Source of the DNA: a virus | Taxonomy: Duplodnaviria > Caudoviricetes | Strand: one strand, 5' to 3' | Length of the DNA stretch: 24,240 nucleotides | IMG/VR virus record: IMGVR_UViG_3300022206_000008 | Span: 1-24,240 of that record | In this document: piece by piece, positions 23,283 through 24,240 of the stretch | How the letters are laid out: every line of letters begins with the position of its first letter | How positions within the stretch are numbered: position 1 is the first letter of the stretch | Position numbers and translations under genes: made by a program | Notes under the pieces: model-generated | Database searches by the model: none | Told to the model about the DNA's origin: nothing | What the model saw: only the letters and a program-made list of their open reading frames with translations

Positions 23283-24240
23283 TCAGGCGAAGAACCACGC
23301 TGACTTCAGGACCTCCCTCACGTCGAAGTCCCCTCGGACGGGGGGCTTCCGAAGTTTCTCCACCACGCTGGGCGGGGCGTGCACTTCGAAGGCACGTTGC
23401 AGGCTGTCGATCCAGTCCTGCTCGTAAATGTCAACGAAGGCTGTGCGCAAGCACTCAGACAGGACGTTCATGTCAGCGGCGTGCGTACCATAACTGTCAT
23501 GCACAACGCTGAACGATGTGAGGCCCTTCGCCGCCGCCATGTTGACCGTCAGTTGAAGATGGGCGGCGTCGAATGAGTGCACGATGTTGGGCGCGATGGC
23601 GAGCGCTTGCTTACCCACCAGCAGGCCCATACTGCGCTGCTCGTTCTGGATTTTGAACCGGGCGCCGGCCCGTCCCACGCCTAGCAGCGTGTGGATTTTC
23701 TTGGAGGCGGAGCGGTAGTAGCCCTGGTGTATCTCCAGGCCGGTCGGAGCGACCCAGGTCACGCCGTGTCCCGCTTCCGCGAGGACGCGTGCGTTGTGCT
23801 GCATCCACTCCATGATCTCGATGGCGGCGATCACCGTGTCAGCGATGGCTTCCTTCATGCGGTCGCGCATGTAGTTGGCGTTCGGCATGATCTCCCCGGA
23901 CAGGCCCTCGGTCATGCGATCCTCGATCAACTGGTCACGCATGCCAATGTCGGTGAGCCCGTAGGGCGTCGTCATCACGCCGCGCTTCACGACCTTGCGA
24001 GTGACGTGGCCCTCCCAGTTACGGTAAGGCTCACCATGGTTGTCGAGGTCCCGGTCACAGTCCCCCGCCACTTCGTCCATCACCTTGTCCGCCACGATCT
24101 GGTAGATGTCCTGCCGCGTCTTCTCGGCGGTCAGGTTGGTGGCGTACGCGCCCGCCGGGTCCCTGCCCATGGCGGACAGGTGTTGCAGCCCGTTGCACGT
24201 GCCGTCAACGTGGATCGGCAGGTGGGAGATGTAAGCAGTT
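23283..24240 (-). CDS. gp1: Single-subunit DNA-directed RNA polymerase, T7 gp1-like (C-terminal part; gene begins beyond the right edge)
   Basis: The frame is open to the edge. Motif A LPIHVDGTCNGLQHLSA, motif B RKVVKRGVMTTPYG, APNIVHSFDAAHL, motif C VHDSYG and C-terminal SAWFFA. Confidence 0.97.
   Translation of the reverse strand, partial: TAYISHLPIHVDGTCNGLQHLSAMGRDPAGAYATNLTAEKTRQDIYQIVADKVMDEVAGDCDRDLDNHGEPYRNWEGHVTRKVVKRGVMTTPYGLTDIGMRDQLIEDRMTEGLSGEIMPNANYMRDRMKEAIADTVIAAIEIMEWMQHNARVLAEAGHGVTWVAPTGLEIHQGYYRSASKKIHTLLGVGRAGARFKIQNEQRSMGLLVGKQALAIAPNIVHSFDAAHLQLTVNMAAAKGLTSFSVVHDSYGTHAADMNVLSECLRTAFVDIYEQDWIDSLQRAFEVHAPPSVVEKLRKPPVRGDFDVREVLKSAWFFA

Noticed and set aside
1-24240. CRISPR array, tRNA genes, introns/inteins, homing endonucleases, stop-codon reassignment
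   Set aside because: No regularly spaced repeats or cloverleafs were seen. Polymerase, helicase and RNAP reading frames are uninterrupted, and TAA, TGA and TAG all end genes at expected positions.

Overview
The window is a high-GC segment of a T7-like podophage (Autographiviridae-type) genome, with every credible gene on the minus strand. In transcription order (right to left) it begins with the C-terminal part of the single-subunit RNA polymerase, SSB, a RusA-type resolvase, primase/helicase, a metallophosphoesterase, family A DNA polymerase, a signal-peptide protein and a 5'-3' exonuclease. Next come an HD nucleotidase, a DUF5664-type nucleotide diphosphohydrolase and a small three-helix membrane protein, then a terminator and a candidate phage promoter. 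The late module holds small genes (gp6.5-like, GNAT-like, basic proteins), portal, scaffold, an extra beta-rich gene, major capsid, a terminator, tail tubular A, another extra gene, an enlarged tail tubular B and the internal virion proteins, one with a C-terminal GH24 lysozyme. The most notable signals cluster around the capsid gene. It appears to start at a non-canonical ATC codon behind a strong Shine-Dalgarno (SD), is preceded by a ~240-nt multi-hairpin leader, and is followed by a hairpin that exposes a 12-nt anti-SD loop. A two-copy bipartite motif (CCAAAAGRCCCCCTCTGCC-N6/7-ACCGATA) is the likely phage RNAP promoter. All protein calls come from motif recognition and gene order, not database searches.
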